From: an uncultured Actinomycetes bacterium
GTDB taxonomy: Bacteria; Actinomycetota; Acidimicrobiia; IMCC26256; PALSA-610
Assembly (NCBI GenBank): GCA_963716525.1
Contig: OY970315.1
Location: 4,395,034 to 4,459,033 of the forward strand
Reading direction: 5' to 3'
Length of the DNA: 64,000 nt
Both the position numbers and the translations under genes were made by a program. Below are positions 36,260-45,939 of the stretch, one piece after another. The first letter of the stretch is position 1. Every line of letters begins with the position of its first letter. Below the pieces are notes generated by a model. That model was not told the origin of the DNA. It did not search any database and worked only from the letters and a program-made list of their open reading frames with translations.

Positions 36260-38956
36260 TCCCGCATCCGCCGGAGATCGGACGGGTACGCGGGCGCCGT
36301 GGGCATGCAGCGCGCCCGCACGTCGACGATGGTCACTCCCCGTTCGTGGACCATGACCGGGTTGAGGTCCATCTCGGTGATCTCCGGGACCTCGGTGGCG
36401 AGGCGGGCCACCCGGAGCAGCAACGATTCCAACGCGTCGACGTCGAGCGCCGGCGCGCCCCGGTAGCCGAACAGCAGCGGCGAGCTGTGGAGCGACCGCA
36501 CCAGCTCGTGGGCGTCGACGTCGGTGAGCGGCAGGATGCGCAGGCTGCGGTCGGCGAGCAGCTCGGCGTTCACACCACCGAGGCCGAACAGCAACAGGGC
36601 ACCGAACAGCGCGTCCTGGGTGATCCCGACGATCACCTCCAGGCCCGGCGCGGCCATCCGCTGCACGACCGCGCCCGTCATGGCGCCGCCGACACGCTCC
36701 TGCATCGCCGTGTACGCAGCCTCGACATCGGCCTCGCGCTCGAGGTGCAGCTGCACACCGCCGACGTCGGACTTGTGCACGATTCCCGCCGCGCTCACCT
36801 TGAGCGCAACCGGGAAGCCGAGCTCGGCCGCGGCGCGCGCCGCGGCCGGCGCGTCGTGGACCGTGCGGTGCCCCACCACGTCGAGACCGAACGCGCCGAG
36901 CACGCCGGCGCACTCCTGCCAGTCGAGCCACGCACCGTCGGGATTGTCGTGGAGCCGTTCCACCACCACGGTGCGCGCGGCATCGGCATCGATCTCGGCG
37001 AGCACCGGCACCTCGCCGACGGGGCGAGCGCGCCATGCGCCCAGCTGCGCGGCGCGCCCGAGCGCGCGCGCCGCGGTCTCCGGGAACGGGAACGTCGGAA
37101 TCGGCCGGCCCGCGCCCTCGCCTCGCAGCACGTCGGCCACCTCGGCGCGTCCGAGGAAGCACGCTGCGACCGGCTTCGCGGCGGTCGCGCCCGCGACCGC
37201 GGTGGTCACCGCGCGCGCCACGTCGACGGGCGCGGTGACCACCGGAGGGGCGTAGATCACGAGTACCGCGTCGATCTCGTCGGCGGCCAGCACGGCCGGC
37301 AGCACGCCCGCGTACACATCGGGCGTCGCAGCCGCGCCGAGGTCGATCGGGTTGCCGGTGCTGGCGCCCGGCGCGGCGGCCCGCACCGCGGCGGCGGTGG
37401 CGTCGGAAAAAGGATCTACCGTGAGACCGGCACCCACAGCCGCATCCGCCGCGAGGATGCCGGGACCTCCCGCGTTCCCGACGATCGCGACGCGGGGTCC
37501 CTCGGGGACCGGCTGGCTGGCGAGCAACTGCGCGGTGTCGAGCAGCTCCGCCAGCGTGTCGACGCGCACCACGCCGGCCTGGCGGAACAGCGCGTCGACC
37601 GCGACGTCCGATGTGGCGAGCGCCGCGGTGTGCGAGCTCGCGCCGCGGGTTCCCGCGGGCGTGCGACCGCTCTTCACGGCGACGATCGGCTTGCGCCGGG
37701 CGATGCGGCGCGCGAGGCGCGCGAACTTGCGGGGGTTGCCGAACGACTCGAGATACAGCAGCACGACATCGGTGGCGGCGTCGTCTTCCCAGAACTGCAG
37801 CAGGTCGTTGCCGCTCACGTCGCTCTTGTTGCCCACCGACACGAACTGCGAGACGCCGACACCGCGCCCCGCCGCCTGGCTCAACAGCTCGATGCCCAGG
37901 CCGCCGGACTGCGACAGGAACGCGACATTCCCGGGCACGGGCAGGTTCGGCGCGAAGGTCGCGTCGAGACGGACCTCGGGCACCGTGTTCACCACGCCCA
38001 GGCAGTTCGGGCCGATGACGCGCATGCCGTTACCGCGCGCCGCGGCGACCACGGCGTGCTGCACCTGGCGGCCCTCCGGCCCGAGCTCGGCGAAACCCGA
38101 GGCGATCACCACGAGGCCCCGCGCCTGCTTGCGCGCGGCCTGCTCCACGATGCCGAGCGCCTCGGCGGGAGGCCGCACGACGATCACGAGGTCGACCGGA
38201 CCGGGCACCGCGTCGAGCGACGGGTAGCACGCCAGCCCTTCCACCGTGGGCGCGGTGGGATTCACCGGATACACCGTGCCGCGGAAGCCGAACTCGAGGA
38301 GGTTATGCACGACGGCATTCCCGATCTTGCCCTCGTGCGCACTCGCGCCGACGACCGCGACCGTGGCGGGGGCCAGCACGCGCGCGATCGACGCGGCCTC
38401 GGCCGTGTGCTCGCGGCCCGCGATCGCTGCGTCCACCGCAGCACTCGGCGTGATGTCGAGATGGGTGCGGACGGTCCCGCGGTCGAAGCGACCCGTACGC
38501 CGCCAACCCGCACGGGCGAAGACGCCGAGCATCTTGGCGTTGTCGGGCAGAGTGTCGGCGACGAACGAGCTCACACCGTGGGCCCGGGCGATCGCCGCGA
38601 GGTGCTCGAGTAGCAGCGTCGCGATGCCACGGCCCTGATGCTCGTCCGCGACGACGAACGCGATCTCGGCGGCACCCGGGGTCACGACGTCGTAGCGCGC
38701 GGCCGCGACGATCTCCTGGCCGAGCAGCGCCACCATGGCGGCGTGCGGGACACCCTCGGTGTGACGCATCTCGAGCGTGGTCGCGTTCGCCCGCGACACG
38801 GTCGAGAAGAATCGGTAGTAGAGCGACTCCGCGCTCGAGACGCGCGAACATCCGACCCAGCGCGGGCTCGTCGTCGGGGCGCATCGCCCGAACGTGCAGG
38901 GTCGCGCCGTCGGCGAGGACGACGTCAGAATCCCACGCGTCGGACGCGACCGTCAC
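36256..38956 (-). pseudogene. GNAT + ADP-forming acyl-CoA-synthetase-like protein (actinobacterial PatA-type protein acetyltransferase architecture) with one frame break near the N-terminus
   Basis: The first roughly 40 aa (GTG 38956, MTVASDAWDSDVVLADGATLHVRAMRPDDEPALGRMFARL) lie in ORF 38303..38956. The remainder (SSAESLYYRFF..FVVADEHQGRGIATLLLEHL.., CoA-binding VAVVGASAHEGKIGN.., ATP-grasp) lies in ORF 36256..38799. The switch is at CTCGAG 38834-38839. Confidence 0.8.
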
Positions 38957-39615
38957 CGACCGCTTGACTCGTCGGTGTGGCTGTTCTGATTCAGGCGCGC
39001 CGCGAACACCGCGGCCTCCGTGCGCCGCTCCATACCCAGCTTCGCGAGCAGGTTCGACACGTAGTTCTTCACCGTCTTTTCGGCAAGGAACATCCGCTCG
39101 CCGATCTGCCGGTTCGTCAGGCCCTCGGCGATGAGATCGAGGATCTTGCGCTCCTGGTCGGTGAGTCGAGCGAGCCGCTCGTCCTGAGCCGGGCCGTTGC
39201 GCAGCCGTTCGAGGACGCGCTCGGTGACGCTCGGGTCCAGCAGCGACTGGCCCGAAGCCACCCGCCGGATCGCGTCGACGAGATCGTTGCCCTTGATCTG
39301 CTTCAGGAGGTAGCCCGCCGCGCCGGCCATGATCGAGTCGAACAGCGCCTCATCGTCGGCGAACGACGTGAGCACCACACACTGCACCGCGGGGTTGCGC
39401 GAGCGCACCTCGCGGCACACCTCGACGCCGTTGCCGTCGGGCAGTCGCATGTCGACGATCGCGACGTCGGGATTGGTGGCCGGGATGCGCGCGAGCGCCT
39501 CTTCGGCAGTCGACGCCTCGCCAACCACCTCGAGATCGTCCTCGACCTCGAGCAGCTCCCGCACGCCCCGGCGTACGACCTCGTGGTCATCGAGCAGGAA
39601 GACCCGTACCGTCAT
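38953..39615 (-). CDS. devR: NarL/LuxR-family response regulator, DevR/DosR-like
   Basis: The start is ATG 39615 ([17 protein letters not shown]..). VDMRLPDGNG is present. The C-terminal HTH ..LTDQERKILDLIAEGLTNRQIGERMFLAEKTVKNYVSNLLAKLGMERRTEAAVFA is near-identical, from memory, to M. tuberculosis DevR. There are 4-nt overlaps with both neighbouring genes. Confidence 0.85.
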   Translation of the reverse strand: MTVRVFLLDDHEVVRRGVRELLEVEDDLEVVGEASTAEEALARIPATNPDVAIVDMRLPDGNGVEVCREVRSRNPAVQCVVLTSFADDEALFDSIMAGAAGYLLKQIKGNDLVDAIRRVASGQSLLDPSVTERVLERLRNGPAQDERLARLTDQERKILDLIAEGLTNRQIGERMFLAEKTVKNYVSNLLAKLGMERRTEAAVFAARLNQNSHTDESSGR

Positions 39616-40553
39616 GGCTCCGAGCGTACAGGGGCCGCCGCCGGGACATCGGCGTACACCTGCGTGCCCGACGTGCCGTCGACCAGCCCGCACGGGTCGT
39701 CGAGCGCGCCAATGGCGGCGCGCCGGCCGGTGGCGAGCACGAACGAGGCGGCCGCGGCCGCCTTCGGAGCCATTGAACCGGCCTCGAGCGACAGCGATGC
39801 CAGCTCGCGTGCGCTGATCGCGCCGATCGGCTCGGGACGCGTGCTGCCGTGGTGGCGCTCGACCGCGGCGACGTCGGTGAGCAGCAGCAGCACATCGGCC
39901 CGCAGACGGCGGGCGAGGAGCGCCGAGGCGGCATCCTTGTCGACCACTGCTTCGACGCCGTGTCGCGCGCCCTTGCGATCGACGATCACCGGTACACCAC
40001 CGCCGCCGGCGCACACCACCACCACTCCGTGCTCCAGCAGCATCTCGATCGTCGGTGTCTCGACGATCGACCGCGGCACCGGCGACGCGACGACACGTCG
40101 CCACCCGGGACCGTCGGCGGCGACATACCAGCCGCGCTCGGAGGCCAGCTTGCGCGCGTCGTGCTCGTCGTACACCGGTCCGATCGGTTTCGTGGGGCTG
40201 CGGAACGCGGGATCGAGCGCGTCGACCACGGTCTGCGTGAGCAGTGAGGCGACGGGCCGATCGGGCATCGCGTTGGCGAGCTCGCGTTCGAGGAGATAGC
40301 CGATCATCCCCTCCGTCTCGGCGCCCAGGATGTCGAGCGGGTACGTGCGCACATCGCGATATGCCTCGGCCTGCAACGCGAGCAGACCGATCTGCGGGCC
40401 GTTGCCGTGCGTGACCACGAGACGATGCTCCGCGGCTACCACAGCGAGCGCGCTGGCGGCATGGGCCACACTGCGCTCGACGTGGTCGGCGTCGAGCGGC
40501 TCGCCGCGACGCTGGAGCGCGTTCCCGCCAAGTGCGGCAACGACGAGCATCAC
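39612..40553 (-). CDS. arcC: carbamate kinase
   Basis: Track ORF with [10 protein letters not shown].., [11 protein letters not shown], ..[11 protein letters not shown]... Confidence 0.9.
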   Translation of the reverse strand: MMLVVAALGGNALQRRGEPLDADHVERSVAHAASALAVVAAEHRLVVTHGNGPQIGLLALQAEAYRDVRTYPLDILGAETEGMIGYLLERELANAMPDRPVASLLTQTVVDALDPAFRSPTKPIGPVYDEHDARKLASERGWYVAADGPGWRRVVASPVPRSIVETPTIEMLLEHGVVVVCAGGGGVPVIVDRKGARHGVEAVVDKDAASALLARRLRADVLLLLTDVAAVERHHGSTRPEPIGAISARELASLSLEAGSMAPKAAAAASFVLATGRRAAIGALDDPCGLVDGTSGTQVYADVPAAAPVRSEP

Positions 40554-41776
40554 GAATCCTCGACGGCGTCGCGCGCGATCGGGCAGCTCATGCAGCGCGC
40601 GCCGCCACGACCGCGCGACAGCTCGGCGCCCGGAATCGTGATCACCTCGATGCCCGCTCGGCGAAGCTTCGTGTTCGTATCGACGTTGCGGTCGTAACCG
40701 ATCACGACGCCCGGTGCGACCGCGAGCACGTTGTTGCCGTCATCCCACTGCTCACGGTCGGCTTCGGAGGCGTCGCCGCCCGTGGTGAACACCCGCACGC
40801 CGGCGAGTCCGAGCGCCGCCGCGATCGTCTCGAACAGGTCGCCCGCGGGCTCGACGACGAGGTCGCCGGCATGGTCGCCGGGGCGGACCGTCCAGACGCG
40901 CGTGCGCTCGACGACGCCCGGATACGTCACGAACGCGTCCCGGTCGACCATGGTCATCACCGTGTCGAGATGCATGTACGACCGGGCCTTCGGCAGCTCG
41001 ACCACGATCATTTCGCTCACCGCGCCCGACGCGAACAGGTTCTGAGCGAGCTGTTCGATCGCGGCGGGCGTGGTGCGCTCGCCCATGCCGATCAGCACGG
41101 CACCGCGGCCGAGCACGAGCACGTCGCCGCCCTCGACGGTCGCCGAACCCCAATCCTCGTCGACGCCGCCGTACCACGCCGCGAAGTCCTGGGCCGTGAA
41201 CGCCGGGTGGAAGCGGTAGATCGCCTCGAGGTGCACGGTCTCGCGCCGCCGGGCTGGCTTCGCCATCGGGTTGAGCGACACTCCGCCGTAGATCCAGCAG
41301 GAGGTGTCGCGCGTGAAGAGATGGTTCGGGAGCGGTGCGAGCACAAAGCCGTCGGGCTGCAGCACGTTGCCCGACAGGCCGCGCCGACCGAGGTCGAGCT
41401 CGGCGGGCGTCACCCCACCAATGAGCTCACGGGCCAGCGCGCGAGCCGAGAGACCGTCGAGGTGCTCTCGCAGCGCGGGCGCGACGACCGGACCGAAGTG
41501 TTGCGGTACGAGCGTGCGATCGAGCACCCACTTGCGGGCGACGTCGTCAGCCAGGCTCTGCGCGAGCAATTCGGCGAGATAGAGCACCTCCACCCCACGA
41601 TCACGCAGCGCGTCGGCGAACACGTCGTGCTCACGCCGTGCCTCGGCGACCCACAGCACGTCGTCGAACAGCAGCTCGTCGCAGTTGCCGGGCGTCAACC
41701 GGCGCAACTCCACATCGGGACGGTGCAGCAGCACACGGTGCAATCGCCCGACCTCGGAACCGACGCCGGCGCTCAC
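40550..41776 (-). CDS. arcA: arginine deiminase
   Basis: Track ORF of 408 aa: [16 protein letters not shown].., ..FTRDTS.., and the C-terminal catalytic Cys region [10 protein letters not shown]. Confidence 0.9.
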   Translation of the reverse strand: MSAGVGSEVGRLHRVLLHRPDVELRRLTPGNCDELLFDDVLWVAEARREHDVFADALRDRGVEVLYLAELLAQSLADDVARKWVLDRTLVPQHFGPVVAPALREHLDGLSARALARELIGGVTPAELDLGRRGLSGNVLQPDGFVLAPLPNHLFTRDTSCWIYGGVSLNPMAKPARRRETVHLEAIYRFHPAFTAQDFAAWYGGVDEDWGSATVEGGDVLVLGRGAVLIGMGERTTPAAIEQLAQNLFASGAVSEMIVVELPKARSYMHLDTVMTMVDRDAFVTYPGVVERTRVWTVRPGDHAGDLVVEPAGDLFETIAAALGLAGVRVFTTGGDASEADREQWDDGNNVLAVAPGVVIGYDRNVDTNTKLRRAGIEVITIPGAELSRGRGGARCMSCPIARDAVEDS

Positions 41777-42588
41777 CGCTCCGCGCCCGTCACGCTGCCG
41801 CCCGGTGCGGCAGCGGCCCGTACGACCAGCACCGGGCAGTTCGCCAGGTGCACCACTCCCATCGTGACGCTGCCGAGCGCGAAGCGGCTGAGCCCACCGC
41901 GACCATGGGCGCTGATGGCGACCACCGCCGCAGGCATGGCATCGGCGTGGTCGGCGAGCGCACCGGCCACGAACCGGCTCGTCAGCATCGCCGCCCGGTC
42001 GACCCCGGTGAACGGCGTTCGCAGCTCCTGCAGCAACTCCTGCTCACGCTCGGCGCTCACCACGTCGAGCGGATGCACGACGATCGCGACCTCGACATCG
42101 AGCCCGAGCCGGGCGGCCCACTCGTCGACGACCGGCGCGAGCGCGCGCCCGGTGCCGGCGCCGTCGACGCACGCGAGCAGGCGCGAGGAACGCACGAGGA
42201 AGTCCTGCCGGCAGTGCCGGCCGACGAGAACGACCGGATGATCGACGCGACGCAGCACTTCCTCGGCGACACTCCCGAGCGCGGCCCATCGCAGCCGCCC
42301 CCGCCCGTGCGTCATCATGCACACGATGCCGTCGACGTCGGCGACGGCACTGACGAGCGCGTCGACCGGCGGCTGTTCGGCCACGTACACCTCAGTCTTG
42401 CATCCGGCCGCCCGGACCGTCGCGGCCGTCTCCTCGAGGTACTCGAGCGGGTGCAGCGGTCCGCCCGCGGCCGCGGTCACGAGCAGCAGACCACCGCCCG
42501 TGCGGTCGGCCAGCGTCGCGGCGACCGCGAGGGCACGCTCGGAGTACTCAGATCCGTCGAGCGGGACAACGATCGTCGTGTTCGTCAT
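41773..42588 (-). CDS. tandem universal stress protein (two USP domains)
   Basis: ATG 42588 is preceded by GGAGGAG. The sequence is [20 protein letters not shown].. ..[29 protein letters not shown].. ..[29 protein letters not shown]. Confidence 0.85.
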   Translation of the reverse strand: MTNTTIVVPLDGSEYSERALAVAATLADRTGGGLLLVTAAAGGPLHPLEYLEETAATVRAAGCKTEVYVAEQPPVDALVSAVADVDGIVCMMTHGRGRLRWAALGSVAEEVLRRVDHPVVLVGRHCRQDFLVRSSRLLACVDGAGTGRALAPVVDEWAARLGLDVEVAIVVHPLDVVSAEREQELLQELRTPFTGVDRAAMLTSRFVAGALADHADAMPAAVVAISAHGRGGLSRFALGSVTMGVVHLANCPVLVVRAAAAPGGSVTGAER

Positions 42589-42711
42589 GGCGGGCTCCTC
42601 CATCGACACCGACGACGGTACGAGCACGCGGACACGTCCGTCAGTGCCGCGCGACCGTGGCGCGGTGGACCAAAGGCCCCGCGCCACACGCAACAAGGTG
42701 ACTGTTGCGGT

Positions 42712-42728
42712 GGGACTGCGTCAGTCCC
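42712..42728. promoter_or_regulatory. GGGACTG-CGT-CAGTCCC perfect inverted repeat (DevR-box-like half sites) upstream of the usp-arcAC-devR operon
   Basis: Direct reading places it 124-140 nt upstream of the USP start codon. It overlaps the stop codon of the PPOX gene, so it could alternatively be a short terminator stem. Confidence 0.35.
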
Positions 42729-43176
42729 TGCCACCCTCGCGCGTGATGCGGCGGCCGGTGATGGCACCGCCCGCGATGCGCATCCAATGCGACTTCGGGC
42801 CCCTGATCCACGTGGTGAAGGGAAGCCGCGCCAGCTCGCTCAGGTGGGCAGCGTCGTGCTCCTCACTCGCGGTGCCGACCACGAGCACGCTCCAACCGCT
42901 GTGGTACAGGTGGTCGAGGCCGTCGATCTCGAACGCCACGGGCTGATCGACCGCGGCGTGCAGCTTCGTGCCGGGGTCGCTCCGGAACACCACCTGGTGC
43001 CCTGCCATCGCGTAGTTCACGGGAAAGATGAGCGGCTGGCCTTCGACGACCACGGCCAGTCGACCGATGTGATGTTGTTGCAGCAAGCGGAGGCACTCGT
43101 CGAAGTCGATGCCTTCGAGGCGGGACTCGGATGCCGAGCCTCGAAGCGGTGCGGGCGCGCGGGCGGGATCGGCCAC
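42721..43176 (-). CDS. PPOX-class FMN/F420-binding split-barrel protein
   Basis: This is the C-terminal part of track ORF 42721..43293, with GTG 43176 chosen by length match to the paralogue: ..FDECLRLLQQHHIGRLAVVVEGQPLIFPVNYAMAGHQVVFRS..WSVLVVG... Confidence 0.7.
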   Translation of the reverse strand: MADPARAPAPLRGSASESRLEGIDFDECLRLLQQHHIGRLAVVVEGQPLIFPVNYAMAGHQVVFRSDPGTKLHAAVDQPVAFEIDGLDHLYHSGWSVLVVGTASEEHDAAHLSELARLPFTTWIRGPKSHWMRIAGGAITGRRITREGGRD

Positions 43177-43282
43177 CCGTCGATTCTGCGTGCCCGAACC
43201 GGCCACGGCAAGTGACGAAGGTCCTTCGAGGTCGGCTCCTCCAGCCCTTCTGGCCGGGGCGGGCCCGGACCACGATGGAGGC

Positions 43283-43702
43283 ATGGAACGCATCGTGGTG
43301 GGCGTCGATGGATCCGACGAGTCGCGGCGCGCGCTGCACTGGGCGCTCGCCGAGGCCCGTCTCCGTGACGCGGCCGTCGAGGTGGTGCACGTGTGGCAGC
43401 AGCCCTACGTCGGCAGCTACCCGTTCGCGATGCCGCCGTACGACCGCGGCGAGATGGAGCAGGGCGCGAAGGCGCTCGTCGACGGGATGATCGCCGACGC
43501 CGACACGAGCGGTCTCCCGGCAGCGGTCACGACGACGATCGTGTCCGGACCAGCCGCGTCCGTGCTGCTCGATCGGGCCGAGGACGCGACGATGCTCGTG
43601 ACCGGGGCACGCGGCCGCGGCGGCTTCAGCCGCTTGCTGCTCGGGTCGGTCAGCTCCCAGCTCGTGCACCACGCCCCGTGCACGGTGGTCGTCGTCCGCT
43701 GA
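43283..43702 (+). CDS. universal stress protein
   Basis: ATG 43283 is preceded by GGAGG. The sequence is MERIVVGVDGSDESRRAL.. ..GARGRGGFSRLLLGSVSSQLVHHAPCTVVVV. Confidence 0.85.
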   Translation: MERIVVGVDGSDESRRALHWALAEARLRDAAVEVVHVWQQPYVGSYPFAMPPYDRGEMEQGAKALVDGMIADADTSGLPAAVTTTIVSGPAASVLLDRAEDATMLVTGARGRGGFSRLLLGSVSSQLVHHAPCTVVVVR

Positions 43703-43723
43703 CGCCGGCCCCGATCGCCGGGG

Positions 43724-45023
43724 TCAGGGCCGGTCGAGGGCCTCTGCCGCGGCGCGGAGCTCGTCACGGAAGTCCGGATGGGCGATCTCGGCGAGCGCGC
43801 GGGCCCGTTCACGAACCGTGCGGCCACGCAGGTCGGCTGCGCCGTACTCCGTGATCACGACACCGGTGTGATGCCGCGGGGTCGACACGACCGCACCGGC
43901 AGGGAGCTGCGGCAGGATCCGCGAGCGCACCTCGCCGCCGATCGTCACGGTCGCGCTCGAGGCACATGAGCGAGTGCGCGTCGATGTGCAGGTCAGCGCC
44001 GGCCACGAAGTCCTCGTGGCCGCCCACGCCGGAGATCGGGCGCCCGTCGATGCTGTCGGCGACGACCTGGCCGTAGAGGTCGACGCTGAGCGCGCCGTTG
44101 ATCGACACGAAGTTGGCGTTGCGGCCGATCACCGACGGATCGTTCACCACGTCGACGGGCAGGAACGCCACGTCGCGGTTGTCGCCGAGCCATTCGTACA
44201 TCTCGTGGGTGCCGAGGGCGAAGGTGGTGACCGACACCCCTTCGAACACGCCCTTGCGCGCGTTCGTGACCTTGCCGGCCTCGTGCAGACGCATCAGTCC
44301 GGTGGTGAACATCTCGGAGTGGATTCCGTAGTCGCCGCCCGGACCGTCGGCGAGCCGGCTCGCCACGATGTTCGGCACCGCGCCGATGCCGGTCTGCAGC
44401 GTGCTGCCGTCGACCACATACTCGAGCGTGTGGCCTGCGATCGCGACATCGACCTCGGTCGCGGCCACGTCGGGCAACTCGAACGGCGGCGCGTCGGTCT
44501 CGACCACTATGTCGACGGCGTCGAGCGGCAGGGTGTTGTCGAACTGCGGCGGGAGCGACCGGGTGCGCGGGAGGCGATGGTTCACCTCGACTACGAGCAG
44601 ACGGTCGGGGTCGCGGCCGGCGCGGAGCAACTCGTCGCGCGTCCCTCCGTAGTGCAGCGACAGGTTCACGCGGTGTTCCGTATCGGGCGCCGCGAGCGCG
44701 GTCATCACGCGCGGGGCGAACTGTTCGAGGATCGGCGCGAACTGGCGGAACCCGCCGGGCACGAGCTCGATGTTGCGGCCCTCGGCGAGCAGGATGCGCT
44801 CGGCCGGGCCGAAGAAGCCGCAGCGATAGGACACGCCGGGCTTGGTGAGGAACGTGTAGTAACCGAGCAGGAGTGCACCGCCGACGACGAGCTCCTCCCA
44901 GTCGTCGCGCTCGCCGAGCGCGGTGAGGAAGGCGTCGGGGTTCGCGGGCCCGAGACCGAACGCGAGCGTGTCGCGTGGCCGTACCAGCGCGGCGGCCTCC
45001 CGTGCGGTGCAGGTGCGTGTCAT
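43724..45023 (-). pseudogene. acetyl-CoA hydrolase/transferase family protein (4-hydroxybutyrate CoA-transferase-like) with one frame break near the C-terminus
   Basis: ATG 45023 is preceded by GGGAGGA. The body lies in ORF 43809..45380 (..GSTLQTGIGAVPN.., ..ISGVGGHEDF..). The last roughly 75 aa (SSATVTIGGEVRSRILPQL..VVITEYGAADLRG..IAHPDFR..) lie in ORF 43724..43948. The switch is at CTCGAG 43956-43961. Confidence 0.8.
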
Positions 45024-45051
45024 GACGTGTGATCCTCCCGGATCGGAACGT

Positions 45052-45319
45052 TCATTCCACGTGCAACAGCTCGTAGGTACAGGAACAGCCGCGCTCGTGG
45101 CATGTGTAGCGCACCGTCGATCGATGCGGATGGCGATTGTGCCGGTCGATCGGATGGGAGCAGTGGACGCACAGGGACACCGCGACCCGCGCGTCGGCGA
45201 CCTCGGCGAGATCGATGACGTCGTCGCCGGTCGCGTGCGAAATCGATCGCGCACAGGTCGATGACGTCGTGACTGTCGCTGTGCACGGCCTCTTCGTCGC
45301 TTTCTCCGCCGCCGACCAT
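45052..45319 (-). pseudogene. small Cys/His-rich (zinc-ribbon-like) hypothetical protein, apparently frame-broken
   Basis: ATG 45319 has a GGAGG 7 nt upstream and reads MVGGGESDEEAVHSDSHDVIDLCAIDFA (frame of ORF 45020..45346). The best coding periodicity then moves to ..TGDDVIDLAEVADARVAVSLCVHCSHPIDRHNRHPHRSTVRYTCHERGCSCTYELLHVE (ORF 45052..45354). The span of 268 nt is not a multiple of 3. Confidence 0.3.
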
Positions 45320-45355
45320 GCCCGGACCTCCGGCCCACATCGCCACGTCGCCACG

Positions 45356-45388
45356 TCGCGGGGGTGGCCGGTGCGGCCACCCCCGCGA
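45356..45388 (-). terminator. strong hairpin directly after the hsp20 stop codon
   Basis: GCGGGGGTGGCC-GGTGC-GGCCACCCCCGC forms a perfect 12-bp stem, extendable to 14 bp. It lies 8 nt downstream of the Hsp20 stop. Confidence 0.6.
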
Positions 45389-45395
45389 GGTGACT

Positions 45396-45881
45396 CTACG
45401 TGCGCTGCACGGGCACCTTCATGCCCTGCGCACGGGTTGCACTCACCGGCACCCGTACTTCCAGGATGCCGTCCTTGTACGTCGCCTTGACGTCGGCACC
45501 GTCGGCGCCGGCCGGGAGCGGGATGTTCCGGACGAAGCGGCCGTAGCGGAACTCGCTGCGGTACTGCCCCTTGTCCTTCGACTCCTGCTGCTCGGAGCGC
45601 CGGGCTTCGATGTGCAAGGTGTGATCGCTCACCTGGACGTCGACGTCCTTGTCCGGATCGAGCCCGGGGGCCTCGGCGCGCACGACGTACGCCTCACCCT
45701 CCTGGAGCTCCTCGACGCGGATCATGTGCTCGTCGAAGAAGTCCATCGACTCGAGCCTCGACGCCCACGACGGCCAGCCGAGCCAGTCGAACAAGCGGCG
45801 GGCGGGATCGGACCGCACCACCGCACCCTTCTCCTGCTGGGGCTGGTCGGACTCGTGTTGCTTGGTCTGGACCATGCTCAT
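45396..45881 (-). CDS. Hsp20/alpha-crystallin family small heat-shock protein
   Basis: Track ORF of 161 aa containing an alpha-crystallin domain (..YVVRAEAPGLDPDKDVDVQV.. ..ATYKDGILEVRVP). The RBS GAAAGGAG is present. Confidence 0.9.
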   Translation of the reverse strand: MSMVQTKQHESDQPQQEKGAVVRSDPARRLFDWLGWPSWASRLESMDFFDEHMIRVEELQEGEAYVVRAEAPGLDPDKDVDVQVSDHTLHIEARRSEQQESKDKGQYRSEFRYGRFVRNIPLPAGADGADVKATYKDGILEVRVPVSATRAQGMKVPVQRT

Positions 45882-45939
45882 GCTCCTTTCTGCTGTCTGC
45901 AGTACTGCTGGGCCGCTGGACTCCTGCGCGCGCGCTCGC

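Noticed and set aside
45899-45908. 10-bp perfect palindrome GCAGTACTGC between the hsp20 RBS and its promoter region, considered as a possible heat-shock operator.
   Set aside because: Dozens of 10-bp palindromes are expected by chance in 64 kb. It has no resemblance to the CIRCE or HAIR elements as I remember them, and it cannot be extended.
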